The position numbers were made by a program, and so were the translations under genes. A stretch of 64,000 bases of DNA from Lingula anatina. Lineage: Eukaryota; Animalia; Brachiopoda. Positions 46,901 to 62,208 of the stretch are shown here, piece by piece; the first letter of the stretch is position 1, and every line of letters starts with the position of its first letter. The stretch spans positions 23,360,225 through 23,424,224 of the forward strand of contig CM120640.1 of NCBI GenBank assembly GCA_051362555.1. Direction: 5' to 3'. The notes under the pieces were generated by a model. It made no database searches. It saw only the letters and a program-made list of their open reading frames with translations, and was not told where the DNA came from.

Positions 46901-49900
46901 TTAAAAAAAGACATGCTTAGAATTGTCCTGCTGACGCATTTTACTCTTTGATAACATTGGAATTTAATTCCTTCAAACATTTCTGTTATCTTCTTAATTA
47001 AATATGTTATGCCAGCCACAGAGTTTGAACACGTTTGATAAAATTATGATGGTATTTGCACATTTGCAGTTCTTGAGAGTGATCTGGCAGTGGAGTCTCC
47101 GCAGGAAATGTACTATACTCCACACACAACTCCCAAACCTGAGAAGAAACTTACAAACCTTGGAGCTAATCAGGTATATAATTTATATTTACAGAATTTT
47201 GAAGTGAAATAAAATTTTTGACATCAATTATCATGAACAATTATCTTGAATATTATGAAAACCATCCAGATAAGATTAAAAATCTTTTATTGAAAAAATA
47301 TTTCTTTTGTATGAATATGTCAAGACCCTTATTTATGCGTGACACTTGCAGGATGATGCTGTATTCAGCCAAGCAGCAGAGAGTATTATTGCACCCTTGA
47401 TTAAACTTAATATATCTAGCCAGTCTGCAGATTCAGCAGAAAAGGGGGCAACACCATCTGACAGTCTTTCAAGACGAGCCAGTAATGTGAGTGACAAGTA
47501 CCACACTGCAACAGTGTTCCTGCACACCCCAGCCTGCGTGCACACTCCTCACAGAGTTCATACAATACAAGTTGTGCATGGAATTACATTAGTCATCATT
47601 AGTGAGGTATGTGGTTATGCACATGGTAGGAGTTAAAATGTATTGTGTGCCAATTTTTTCCCCTAGGGAATCCATTTTTTAAGCCACCATTTCACAATAA
47701 TAATTTTTTTCTGGCAGATATTTATTCTATTTTGAATTTCATTTCATCTGAACTCATTATTTCTTATGCAGGTAGCCAAGTGTCACCAGGCTCAGTTCAT
47801 CTGTCAAACCCTAAACCTGTTGAAGACCATAGTAACCCCACTGCCAGCTGGAATGACTGGGAGTGCAGGTGCTCATGGGAAATACATCCTGGACCTTGTG
47901 GAAACCAATCTCAAGAAAACTGTGGAAGGCACAAAAAGTTTCAGGGTAAAAACAATCAATTAAAGTATTTGAGTGGTTCATTGGTTTTGTTGTTAAATTT
48001 TAAAGACAAAAGATTTGATAATTAACAACATAGCAGAAATAACCTGTGATTTTCTGTTGTAAAACTTAATTTCTAACCAAATTTTGGGGATGCCAGTTTA
48101 TATATATGGTCTATAATGGGAATGTTAGCTGCTAATATAACATCATTATGCAACAGGTGCATGTTGACAAGGCAGTGCAAGATGTAGACAGCAAGTGGAA
48201 TAAGATTGAAAAGGATAAAGTTGTCAGCTATTTAAATCAACCAAAAAGACATAGTCTTCCTTCTCCAAAGTAAGTTTTTTTATATTTTTGTTTTACAGAA
48301 GTAACATGATTCCTTTTTTAAAAGAGCAATTGAGCATGTATATGTATTTCTCTTTTCACTGTAATTCCTTCTTTTGTTTTTCATTTGAATTAGAATTAGT
48401 GACTATATTTTATACTTTATTTTGAGAAATGACAAAATTTTATTTTTCAGGCTAGAAAATTCTATCAATTCTCTGTATAAGTCCCTAAAAGATTTGTTCA
48501 GCTCTTTATATCTGCTTGGAGATGAACAGTTATCTAACAGTGTGATATATGGCTTGCAGTCTCATGCAAAAGGCCGTCTGGATGACTACAAGGACTATTT
48601 AGCTGTCAAAGCTCAAAGAAACATCACCATGACAAAGTACCCTTTTAGATATGTTAAAATTTTCAAAATTCTTTTTGAGAAAATAGCTACATGACTTTGC
48701 AATCATTTACTTGATTTCCTTGTATACTAGTACATACGGTAACTTGTATTTAAAGATTCACTTACAAGAAAATGTTAGAAATTAAAATGAGAAGCTGCTG
48801 AGATATGTTTTGCAAACAAAAGTTTGTGTGAAAGAAATGTGTTTTAAGGTCCACAATAAGCCATATTCTTCCTTAACCCCTTAAGTTATCTGGAGGAGTT
48901 TCCTGGCCTTGTCCACTTCATCTACATTGACCGCTCCACTGACCAGCTGACTGCCCCCTCCATCAACATCACCATGGAAGATTTGCCAGAGAAAGCTGAT
49001 GTGACTCAGAACATAAAAAGCAAGGCAAGTTACAAGAACGGTTTTTTGTATTACCTTAAAAGATATCTTATCCTCAAAACTTTATTAAAATTCATTGTGA
49101 AACCATATATGCTTTGAGGATTTCTGATGGAGCTTGAGATCCATCAGTGCTTTTTTTATCTTCAAACATGGAACTAATTATATCTTTATCAAAATTTGGG
49201 CATTTTTTATTGAATTATCAAAGTAATTGATTGATATTTTTTCTAATGAATTAACCCATTTCTTTTCTAGATCTGGAGCATTGTTCGCTGGTTTCAGATA
49301 AAGCTTCAGCAAGGTTTTACCACAATGACAGTCAGGGATGGGGACTTCTTCTATTCCTACTGTTTATGGTTTGAAGACAGTGGTGTAAGTGTTGATGTTC
49401 CTTAAAGATGCATTTCATAAGTGAAGACCTACCTCTTTAAATTTAATTGAGACTGTAGGATGACTGGCATTCTGTCTTTAAGTTATTTATTTATAGGTAT
49501 TTGGATCAACTTGGTATATTTAGTTATCAGCTGTATTATCTTTTCTATCAGGGAAACATTATAGCTCCTCTCCGCCCTTTCCATGGGGGAAGTCTGGAGC
49601 ACCCTCCAGGGATTATTGCAGAAAATTCTTATAGGTAACAATTTTCATCCATATTTGATCTTAATGGTCTGCATTTTTAAAACTTGATCTTAGTAAATTA
49701 ATGCAGATCTTAACTAGGCATGCATTAAAGAAAAATGTACAGTTTTAAGAACAATTTCTTGAAAAAGATTGTCACTGCCACATAGTTCTTATTTTCATTA
49801 TTTTTAACCAAAAAGGCCACATTTTTCATCTCAGTTTAAACTTTCTTGTCACAAGTTTTAAACCCAAAAGCAATATAGGCGAGTGCACTTTTGAATGCTA

Positions 49901-50098
49901 GTTTATAAAATAAATTACAAATTAAATTTTTTTTTCAGGTTGCTGAGGCGCCAGTGTTTCCCAGGCATTTCACTGAGTGGTGTGTACTGTTATGAGCTGG
50001 TATGTGTGCACATTGGGTTGGTGCCAACCAAATATGTTGTGGATCACTGGAGAAGATTGTATGCACTTCTGTGGGAATCTTCAGAGATTCTGTGGTAG
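43910..50098 (+). CDS. HPS1: Hermansky-Pudlak syndrome 1 protein (BLOC-3 subunit), multi-exon
   Basis: Start MKGILVFSELNDILF. Conserved segments are [101 protein letters not shown] and CYELVCVH. Confidence 0.9.
48637..48885 (+). other. U12-type (minor spliceosome) GT-AG intron of HPS1
   Basis: Donor AA|GTACCCTTTT and perfect U12 branch site TTCCTTAAC (48869-48877) 8 nt before the exon start. The spliced frame is [12 protein letters not shown]. Confidence 0.85.
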
Positions 50099-51818
50099 TA
50101 GGGGGACATATAAATAGGTGGTGGAATTTTGGGGAAAAAAAGACCTCAGTCCTGTGGTTTTGTTTATATTCAATACATTCAGAAAATGCTGTAGTTTAAT
50201 TTTTGCCCAATGGCTGATAATAAATTTAATGAAGGCTAATTTTCTTCTAAAAGAATACATGTATTGATACAAAATTATTTGACCCAAAATATGCTGTGAT
50301 GGTTAGACCTAAAAAATACTGTGATATGGCAGAACAACTGATAATGTCAGAAAAAAAGTTTATGCGAATATCTGCTGGCATTTGATGCAACTGTAATGTT
50401 TAAAATTGCAGCATTCAAGTGGCATAAATTTCCATGCAATACAAATAAAGTATCTAATGCACTTTTTCTTTGACGGTAGTTTTACTTAGAAGAAAAAAGA
50501 AACACTTGCATAATTTGCTCAAAACTTCTTCAGTGATTGGTGTAATGAGAGGAGATACAGTAAACACATTCCATTATTTGCTCAAATATAGGATACAGCT
50601 ATTCATATATATATTAATAGTATATTTTGTTAGGCTAGTATTAAAGAATAAACTTCTATATGAACTTTTGTTTTGAATTTATTAACAGAGTAAATAATCG
50701 GCAGCATGTTACGTTTGGTGTATAAAGCATGTGGACATGAAAGTGATTGTAGATTTCTTAGTAATACAGACATAAGGTATATAAGATATATTTGTATGAC
50801 ATTCACATATAGATCTAAGCAGTAAGGGGGGGAAATGTTTTATTTAAATAACTACTGGCTCCAAGCAAATATGTCATTACATGATGGAATGTTAATTGCA
50901 ACATTAAGAGATGAACATGCAAAATAAGTAAGAATCCTTTCACCAGTTTCATGGGTGAATCAGGTGGGACAATACAGAAAAATGCTGTTTATTTCTGATT
51001 GGCACCAAGCATATTACTGTTCCCACCCTGTGGAATGATATTCTATATGTTGCATAGGAAGAAAATATAGCATATAATATAGCAGTTTTTGCAAAAAAAA
51101 AAAAAATGCTGAAGTCTTAGCAATCTCTCTCTTTTTGTCAACCATGATGTAAACAGACTTTGTATGAAAGCCCAACTAGATGAAAACTGGTAAAATATGC
51201 AATTCTTACTAAAATATATATATATATAATATATTTTAATGATGACAATGATGTCATATAAAGTGAGCAAAGCTAGTCATTTAATTTGCATTTTCATGAT
51301 AGTAATAGATATAACAATCTGAAATAACTACACTTTTCCTTTGTTTGAATTTGTATCGTTGAAAGCCCGTCTCAATTACTTAACAGAAACATTTAGTAAT
51401 GAGCAACTGCTACAAAGATACATCTGAAAACCTTTTCACCAAAGTTTTTAAACTGCTGCTGATAACAAAAGCTTTTTAAAGAATTTCCAATTTGTTTCAC
51501 ATAACGTTGTCTTCTTCATATAACTGGTCATAGGAAATGATCTACACCAGTAGGTTCAAGCAAAATCATTTCAGTGTCTCATTTGATGTATCATCATTTA
51601 CCTCCAGCAATCTACTTCTTTCCGATTTTAATGTATAAAATGGTCTAAAAACCTTAGAGTACTAGTGGTGCTGCTAACACCTGATATCACTCAAATAATC
51701 TCAAATTTGATCTGGCACAAAATGGGGAGGATATCTTTCCCCCCACTACCACTAACTGTGCCTTTACCAATTGCAACGCATGCTCCTGCCATCTTTATCT
51801 TTTAACACTAGCCAGTAT

Positions 51819-54800
51819 CTATTCCTCAATGAGTTCCACATAGTTTGCTGGAAACATTCCATGTGTTCCATCTGGGCCAGTTCCCACCCACCAACCCTCA
51901 TCCACCTGCTCTATGTTGGTGATGATGTCGTCTGGATCAAACGTTATTTCAGTCTCGTCCGCTACAAGCAAGAGAAATGTTAGGACTTTAGATAAAGGAT
52001 TTTGGATGGTGAACCTTTGGATTAGAACATTGCTGTTTACAGCTTAGAAGTGATAACTTTGGTGATAAAATAGATAAAAACTGATAAAAGTTAATAATAT
52101 CTGATAAAATGTTAATCTAGGGCAAAGATTTTAATATGATTTAAATTAAAATAAACAATAATGACATTCAAAACTTAAGATGACCTAGTAACTGTAACAA
52201 AAATATTACTACAACAGACATTCCAAACTCTTCAATTGATCAGCATGCAATAAGTACAAACCTGAGCTGAATTGTTTCACCCAGGCTTACCTGCTTGATA
52301 ATCGTACAAAGCTTTGGCTCTCAGACTGCTCTGCTCCATCATGCCTGATATCCTCTTCTCTGCTCCATGAGCGTAGCCTGCATCAGGGGGTTCATCTTCA
52401 TGAGCATAACTGGACTCTGGCTCCTGAGTGATAGGGGTCACTTCTGGAGGACCTTCAAACTCCTCACCACCGGGCTCTGAAAAATCAAGAAAAATTCCAT
52501 GGTATTTTCAATCTTGTTATCACACTGTTAAACATCAGGATGTATCAAAATAATCTGATACTTAATTTCCTTTCTTAATATATTCGAAATATTTTGTCTA
52601 TCCTGCCACTAAAAGATTAATGACCTAAAAGATATATCTTTCATAAAATAATTCTGGTGTCTTTTATGCAATTAATTGATGTGACAAATGTCAGTGAAAC
52701 TTCAGTAGTTACATCCATAGGCAATCATACAGCCTACTTATAGTCACTCTAAAACCAAAATGAGACACTTGTAATTGAACTTGGTAACACCAACAGGTAA
52801 TTTGTCAAACTCACCATCCCAGTTCTGTTCTTCCTCCTCCTCTTCATCTGAATCCTGGCGTTTTGGCAGTCCCTCTGCCAGCAAGTTTCTGGTAGCAGGA
52901 ACCTCTGAGGTTGGTCTGGACACTGGCTGCTGTGGCTCTGAGACAAAACAAGACAGAGAAAGGTGAAAGTAATGGGATAAACTTAATTTGTTGTTTATTT
53001 TATTTACTTTGCCAGTTGATAGAAGTATTGTAAAGGATACTGCAATTGTTTGCAATCCATAAAATGCAAATGTCTCATTTTTTAATAAAAAAAACCCCTG
53101 CAAATATTGTACACGTAACCATCTCTGCAAGTTTGAATTACCTAAGGAGCATTTACATGCAAGATTTACCTGATTAAGCTAAGCTTACCAAGAGAGCAAG
53201 TGTTTTCCCTATATGCACCAATGCTATCCATGTGCTATGCCTAGGAGTGGGAATGGCAATAAGATGAAGAAGAAAAGGGTTACATATGCTGCTTATTATG
53301 CCCAGTTTTTCTTAATCGGGCCAAAATAATAAAGTAACTAAAACCCAGTCATTCATCCACTCATTTTACAAACCTGGTTCTGGAGAAGGTTCTCGGATGG
53401 GAGGAGAGGGTTGACGTGGAGGAGATGGTTCCCTCGGGGGTGGCGATGGTTCCCTTGGAGGTGGTGAAGGCTCCCTTCTTGGGGGTGGTGAAGGTTCCCT
53501 TGGGGGTGGTGAAGGCTCCCTTGGTAGCTGAATTGGTTCTTTTCTGGGCAGAGGAGCCTCTTGTTGCTGCTGATCCAAGAAGGTGTGTTTTATTTTTCTG
53601 GAAACATCAATTGAGATATATATCTAAAAGTATGCAATTTCTTTAATAAAAGTGGAATAAAATGTAAAAAAATTAAAATTAAAAACATTCCAATTTAAGT
53701 TTACGGGTACTTTTGCATTAACAAAGACATACATAAAACAAACTTTTCTTCAGTAAACAGCCAATTATTATAGAGATTATTTTCAATCAATATAATAAGT
53801 ATTGTCAATTTGAAATGTCTTACTTGGGTGGAGCTGGTGGCATTTTCTTCTCTGCTGCATACTGACTAGTGTGTTGTTCAAATTTAGCTCTTGGATCATT
53901 TTCTCTTTGTGCAACAAGAGAAGCAGCCTCTGCTGCCCTTTCGTGTCTTAAGGATGATGCACGTTTCCTGCGATCTTCATAATCTTTCTCCATCTCACTC
54001 TGATCATGTTCCTATCATAGAGAGATCCATTAGAAAACAGTGTTAGCAGTTTTGCAGTCACTACATTGACAATTAGGTCCTGATGCACAAAATCCTACCA
54101 GTGTAAACCCATCCACAAAGCTGTAGACACAAGGCCAAGCAGGCCAGTGCAAAAGTTGAACAGGGACAGATATGCAAATTAAAACTCACTAAAATCATCA
54201 ATGCAATAGTGTCTTTCATTCCTTTCTCAATCACAATTATTTTAATTAACAAATAAGTGCAAAATTACTCCTTTTTCAATCTAATTATTTCATTTTGCAT
54301 AATCATTCATTCTTATTTTCTTGACCTGTCAATCACCCATGAAATCATCATATGTATCATACCCAGCGTTTTTTCTCTTCTTCTTTATTATTTTCAGCTG
54401 CTAACTTCTCAGCCTTCTTTTGAGCTGCAATAGCTTTTGCCCTCTCTGCTGCCTTCCTCTCTCTTTCTTCATTTTCTCTTGCCTGTATACAGACACGGGT
54501 TATGCTACTCAATCATGCATAACATCATCATCATTCCCCTTTCTTAGAATCTTATAAAATCAATTTGTCAATTCCTGATGTGAAGATTTAAATTTGAATT
54601 GTTTGCTTATAATATTTGGTTTGGACTGAATCAATTCTTAAAAATTTTCCCAATATATATATTTTGAATCAAATGTTCTGTTCACCAAAGTTTCTTGATT
54701 ACACATTAGGAATGGATAATTCAATCAGGAAGCTTCCTGTGCTCAATTGAAGTGAATTAGCATTACAATTACAGGGGTGAAACTGAAAGACATTACTGGT

Positions 54801-56448
54801 GTTTCAATTTGATTTTATTAGAATCATCTTATCAGACAGTACCTCTCTAGCTTTTCTTTCCATTTCAATATTTTTCCTTTCGTTTGCAGATTTACGTTTT
54901 TCTTCTGCAATCCGCTGTTGTTCTTCTTTCTTTAGGAAAAAAAATTAAAATTAATCATATTTTTACTGTTTAAATGGAAAAAACACATCCCTTACTGTTT
55001 AACGAGTGTTACAGAACACCCAATTTGGCATTTTGTGTTTTTATCATATATGAATAATAATATTACTAATGCTTTGCCATATTAGCAAATAAATGAATGA
55101 CTTTTAAATCATCACATAAACTAGTGATTTAAAGCACTATTTTGCATTATAAACCACACCACATTGGTTCATACCTCCTGCTTCTCCCAGAACTGATCCC
55201 TCACATTAACTTTAATTTCTTCAGCTGGCTTTGTCCTCTTGTATACTGATGACTAAAAATACACAATATGAGTTTTCACATATATTAAAATTAACATTTA
55301 AGAAGAATCTTGTACATAACATATTTGTATTCTCATTCCTTAACACAGTTTGCCATCTACAGTCTTTATAAGGGAAAAAAACAAACCATCAAAGATTATT
55401 AAACTAGTTAATCATATATCCTAAAGATGTGTTAAGTGTGACAGTTTAATAATGACATAATGTTAGCACCAATGACTTACCACACGCTCCGGTTCAGCCA
55501 TAGGCTTAGCAATTTCCTTGTGAAAGCTATAGTTAGCACCAGAGGATTTGGCCACCTTGTCTTTAATGGTCTCCTCATCTATATCATCTTCTGTTCTGGC
55601 ATTAATGGTCACATGGGCCCCCTAGAAAAATAAGTTGACATAAACTGACACTATATATTGTAACACTTGCACTGCATATATTTTGTGTGAACATACCATT
55701 ACATGTATTAGGATACAAGCATTATTACCCCTCCCCCCCCCCCCCCCCATCCACCCCACAAAACAAACAAACAAACATTTAACAATATTTATCTAATAAC
55801 AAACCACTGAAGTCAAATTAGTCATGGGATATTACTGCATGTCATTCACAAATTTGTGCTTTGGGCTGTGCATCTGTGACACATGTCATGAAGAAAGTTT
55901 TTCCGAAATTCCGTTTACTTACTCTGAACAAATTGTGAATATCATTGATGTGGCGAGCTGCTGCACCTTTCTTTATTTCTGGTACACCTTCACCTTGCTA
56001 AAACAGAAGGGACATCATAAATTCAAGCATAAGCTCATTTTTTCTAAATAAGACAATAATTACATGAATTCTGTAACATGCTCCATACAAAATACAAGCA
56101 TGTACACTCAAATACAGCCTCTCAATTTATTCTCACAACACAACTCTGAAGCTTCAACTGATATAAGCAATTACTTACCCAGTTGATAATAACATTTTTC
56201 CACAAATTGGTATTAGGATCTTGTACCCGGCAATAGGCATACATAATTTTCCCACTGTTCAATTCATCTACCATTTCCTCCAGGTCTCCATCTATACAAA
56301 AATAACCATTTCATGATAACAGATAAATAAGAATTCCTTAAATTGAAGCTTTATTTATAATTTGACACTCTTGATAATCTTACAAATGTGTTTCTTATTC
56401 AGCTTAAGGCTTTTGCAAGATGATTAAATTTTATTCATTTTCTTCTTT

Positions 56449-56479
<31 letters not shown>

Positions 56480-57428
56480 AAAGTAAGATATTTTGACATA
56501 TTCTAAAGCGACAATATGATTATCTGGACAAGATGTACACATTCCGGTTGGCAAGCATAAGAGAAATAAAGAAAGATAAAACATATCTAAATTGCAATTA
56601 TAAAAAAACAACACTAAACCTGCCTTTTTACTTTAACAAGGTGCCAAAAGAGGCATGAGAAAAAAAAAAGTACAGTACCTCCCTTCTCAACCACTCGTAG
56701 CACATTGCTTGTTCCTTCATATCCAAAAACAGCCCTGAAAGACAGCAGCAATATGGCTTGAACATGCAATTACAATTCGTTGTCAGCCATGTTAACAGAA
56801 AGATGTATCAGTGTATTTTTTTTCAAAACTTTTTAAATGTTAAAAAGGGGGTGTGGTCGCTTTGTGAAAGGAAGTCATTGTCATTTGTATTACGAGGGTA
56901 AGGTTGTAAACTTGAGAACTTACATGTGATAATATTGGCTATGATGTTTATGTTGACTCGTATGATGCTGAATGCGTGGTAGTAGCAGGGTGATTTTTCG
57001 GGGAAATTATTTAGGTAATTGTAACTTCGTCATTAATTGGACAGGAAGATATCCAAACGTCAGTTGTTTCATTTAATAGTTGAAAACTTAAGGACGACCC
57101 AGCAATGCAGTAACCCTTGCCTTATCAAAAAGGATCAGAGTGAACTCGGAACCTCAGCATCATTAAAGTATATGCCAGGGCTTGATACGTGACTCACATT
57201 TAAGTCTCAAATTCACTGCTGACTTATTTTGCGGACCGTCTCTCGTGGACGGAACTCATGCCGCTGACTTATAATATTCGCATCTCGCTTATCATTTTCA
57301 AAATGCAAATCTAATTTAAGTAGACACCTACAAAGGTGTTCTTACCAGTTTGTATCAGATTTCTCGTCTACCACATCTTGCCACGCTGCAAGAAGGGAGT
57401 CTTTATTCTTCCGAAGATCCACCGACAT
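51819..57428 (-). CDS. DBNL: Drebrin-like protein / Abp1 (ADF-H, coiled coil, Pro-rich, SH3), multi-exon
   Basis: Starts [39 protein letters not shown] segments are INWQGEGVPE and [25 protein letters not shown]. The SH3 domain is [46 protein letters not shown], with TAG at 51821-51819. Confidence 0.93.
53380..53522 (-). repeat. Coding ~21-bp tandem repeat encoding (REPSPPP)n in DBNL
   Basis: About seven degenerate REPSPPP-type units in the DBNL Pro-rich exon. Confidence 0.8.
56455..56478. repeat. (AT)n microsatellite
   Basis: About 12 AT units in a DBNL intron. Confidence 0.9.
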
Positions 57429-60400
57429 CTTCCTTCCTGGTCAGTGCTTGTGCAGTACGTCATCGATTTGGGAAGTGACGTTTTGTACATAATACTTCCA
57501 TGTGACCTACTTTCATCTGGCAAGCTGTCAGTGTCAACAGACACGAGTGTCAAGTCACAGGCTCACCTGAGAGAAAACAGGTAAAGACAGAACAAGTTAT
57601 TTGTGTAAGTCATTACGTTTCTGAGACCTTGGCATTAGTTTGTTGTGGTTTTTAAACAAGAAGAGGCATTGCAGCGTAACAGGGCGAGTCTTTTTCTTTG
57701 ATTTTTGATAGAAATCACTTTAGTAAATCTCGTCATTTGACACATGCTCTTATTAGCAGCACATGCAAGAACTTTTCTGTAGATCATTTGCTTGTCTGTT
57801 GACAGAATAATTTTTGGGGAAAATTGAAATTGTCTGCCGTTGGGCTGACTTCCAACAAATGGACCCGCTAGTTCTTAGTAATTATTGTCATTGTTTTAGT
57901 GTGACGAAATTTGAACATGTTGGTGTCAGTGCATGGCCTTTGTCTGAGGTAACATTAACCTATGTGTCACAAGCTTAATATGCCAGACATTAGTTATCAT
58001 GTTGTTAAGGTGGTGACTTATGCATTCATATTGTCCTATCTATTTTACTTCTCTGTTAATATAAATAGAAAATTACTGTTAAGACATACTGAGTAGATCT
58101 GCATATTTACCTTTTTTAACTATTTTTTAAAAAATATTTTTATGATAAATAGAAGGATACATTTCATATTTTTCTTTAGCAGATCTTGTAAAGTATTTGA
58201 AAAAAAATGACATATTTGTATTAATACCATGATAGTGAATTTTGATAAGCCAGACGTGATTACATCAGTTTTATGATAAAATTGCTGTCTGTGTCTGATA
58301 CTGTGTGAGTCTGTCTGCTAGCATGTGATAGCACTGAGTATCTATCTATTGATTTAATTAATAGAGAAGAGGATTAATTATTTTCAAGTATTTTCAAGTA
58401 TAGATAAGAAGGCACCAGCCTATAACAAGTACAACTGATAAATGATATTAACCACATTGGATAAAGTTGCACTTTATCTCCCTATTGCAAAAAAATAAAA
58501 TAAAATAAATGAAATAAAATAAAATAAAAATAATGATGATCTTATTTGATATTAAGTATTAATACTTAAGTGTGATGTCATCTGTTTTTTCTTAAGGCAC
58601 AGAAGCTTTGGTAGCTGCACTTATTTCTCTGGTGTATTTTAGTACTTATTGCTCCATTAGTTATTGTTTCCTCATGATGGTCTCAAGGGTAAACAACTCA
58701 CCAGGCTTACTGACAAAAATAGATGTATTATTCATATCATATAGATAAACATATATATACATCTGATAATACAACCCGTTTTAGCTATTTTAGGTATCAT
58801 TGTATCAGATATAGTTGCCAAATAGAGCTTATTACTATAATGACATTACATTTACAAAGGCACGGTTATCATTAAAGTTTATCTTGTTCAGTTACATTTT
58901 TTATGTCATAGAATATACTGGTATATGTAAGTCCCCTTTCTTTTTAAATCCAGGTAAAAAAGATTTTTCACAGAGACCGGCACTGCCAGATAGCCAGGTG
59001 TGACGCAGCCAGAGGCTGTGCTTCAGCACATTTTTGGAAGTAATTAATGGCTCAGTTTTCATTACAAAATGTAGCTATTTGATTAATGATCACCACAGGT
59101 ACATTTAACAATGGTGACAGTGTTGGTATATCATCTGCTTAATATATCTTCAGGTGTATTGAACATATTCAAAAGGGAAAAGGGTCTTATCAGCTGTTTT
59201 GATGACTTTACATGTAATTAATTATTTCAGAGTCTAATTGGGGTTCCGGTGACATCATTTATAATAAATAACAGTCCCTGTGGCATCAGTTATAATAAAT
59301 AGCAATAAATTACTTAATTATTTGTTTGTAACAACTGTAGTAGTATGTACTGAATGTGCCTTTACTTTTATTTTGGTATCTGTTCTTACTGTAACTAAAT
59401 CAGTTCATGCGCAGTGGTTTTTAGGCTGATCTGAATATCATCAGCAGTTATATTTATTTAACTTCAGATTTAATCATTGCTAAAAACACCTAGCAGGTTT
59501 ACTTATTTTTCTAATTCTTCTAGTTCTTACTTATTATAATCAGGCCTGGTATATAAAGTATAGCTATAGTACCTACAGTACTTTGGTACATAAAGTTTTT
59601 TTTCTAAATATGTGCTTCAAAATACAGCTTAATTTACCTGGGTAAACTTATTGACACCTGTTTCCAAACAAAGTCAATAAGCTTACTGTAAATTTGCTGT
59701 AAGAAAATTAAACAAATATGATACAATACTTAAACATGTTATGCAATGTATTTCTCTTATTATATTTGAAGATTACATAAGGTTATGCATGTGCATGTTC
59801 AATAGTATTATGCAGTATTTACCCCCAATTCCCAGTTATATAACATAATTTGGCATTTTTTTTTACTTCTATGAATTATTTACAATGTTTATTTACTCAG
59901 AACATATAGTCTTAAATGAACCATCATGATGGCAATGTATAAATGCTGACTATAGGATTGATTCATGCCAGTAGATTTTAATCACCTTTTTTGGATTCAT
60001 CTTTCATGTGACTGACAGAAATGCCTAGAACTCCATTGTACATTTATGAATTTATTTATTTTTTTTACATTACACTTTGATGAAATTTAAAATGCTGAAC
60101 TGTCATGCTTAAGAAATTATCTATGATGGATGCAGTTCACTTTGATGAAATAAAATAACAATGAACTGCCTTGTTTTAGAGACAATCCATTATGGATAAG
60201 TAATATGTTATGTCCAATAACAACCAGTTGCAGTTTATTGATGTTGGTAATTTCCTTGTCATCTTTTATATTTTCTTTACATGATGAGATCTATTATGAT
60301 CTATAGATGTATGGTATATTTCAGTACAGATAGAGGAGGATTTGCATTATTTTAGACAGACTGTTTCTTAAATTTTGTTTAATTCCTAAGCTCAATTTCA

Positions 60401-62208
60401 TGCAATATCAATTAATTAACTCTGTTGTTTCTTTTAGCCTTGATGTATCGTTTTTAGACTGGTCAAAATCCTCTTGTTGCATGAGACTAATATAGTTGTT
60501 GTAATGCACCTTAAGCTGAAACCAATTTGGAATGTTTGGCATGTTGGCTTATAGTCCTCTTTGATATTTATCTTCCTGTGGTACCTGTCTAGACACATAC
60601 CTGTCACAAATCTCAGGCAAAATTGTTGGTAACCAAAAAACAGTAGAGATATAATACAAGAGTGGCCATAATCTTCAAGAGCTTATCTTATATCCATTTC
60701 TATCTGAATGCAGACTGCATGGACCAAAATTGTTCCTATATTAAAGTTACATGTCAAGCCAATGTGGGTTGCTGGTAACACATACATGGTACATGTGTGA
60801 ACAGCTTCCAGTAGTTTCTTATATACTAAAATGAAGTCAACATGCCAAGTCATAAACCAAAATGAGTGAAACCAAGAATACACAGCCAGCTAGCTTACTA
60901 TTTTTAAAGTTGTTTTTTTTTTTTTTTTGAAAAAGTGGGCCTTTTTTTCCTTAGTTGTCCCAATTTGAAAAATATAACATTTTCATTGTCTTCCAGATTA
61001 TGTCAAAAAAATTTTCATTAAAAAACTTTTTACTTAAAAGATGATACAAGTATACTCAGTTTTGTTTCTGTCATTCAAATATGGAATAATGTATATTTGT
61101 CTGCAACCCTTACCATATTTTATGAGGTGATTTATTGACATTCAAAGCTTTTGGAAAAATCTAATGTGATGGTTGTCAGATAAGATAGGAATCATCTAAT
61201 GCTTACTCGAAGTGGTCATAATTTAAGAGGTAAAAAGGAAAATGCACTGGGTCACCTTAGTATGATGACGAAGCCTCTTTTAGGAACAGTTGCTTACATA
61301 TTAGACAAAGACAAGGAACTGGACTGCTTCTTGTGACCTTTAAAAGGAGTGATGTTCATTGTATAATAATATATGCCATACCTGGTACATGGTACTAATT
61401 CAAGCATTTTACCAGCAGACTAGCTGAGACTGGACAAATTGTCCATAAATCTGGTGTCACCGTTAAACAAGATTGCTTGAGGGTTGAGTTTTAGAATGCT
61501 TAAAATGAGAGAGACATATATAATAGTCGCCAAGTGATGTCTCCTACATCTCTGGTCAAGTAGTGAGCACTGACTGGTCACTGTGGAAGGGCTAGCCTAT
61601 AGCACCCAAAGCAATAAAACTTGCATAATATAATACTTTTCAAAGCTTGTGGTATAATAATTGTAATTAGTAGTAAGTGAGAAGGAAAGCAAAAGAATTT
61701 ATTTTTCTTACTAGTATACAGTACTTGACCATATATGGTTAGATTCAGGAAATGTCAGTCTGCTAGGAGACTGAGTGCTTTTTTGTGTCCATTTTGTGAT
61801 GGATGTTAGGTGGTTTCCAGTCAAGTTAGGTCATTCTATCTCTATAACCATCTCAGCCACATGACTCACCCCTTGCAGTCACAAATGCGCTTGGAGCTAG
61901 AACAATAGTTATAATGTTTTTTTCCTTCAGTATTAAAATGCATAGATTAGTCAGTTTGAAAAATAAATGACAAAGTTATGACAATTTAAAAAAACATTAT
62001 TAGGTACATTGTTAACACAGACAACTGCATTTTTGAAAAACATTGTTATTTGATACTTAAGTGAGTTTGCAGAGAATAAAATAGCAAATGGCACAATTAG
62101 CCTTACTTTCCATGCCGGTATCTATATATTAAAACCACATACATTTTGCAACAATAGATATGTATTAGGAAGATGCATTTAAAGTACAATAAGCAAACTA
62201 TATATATG

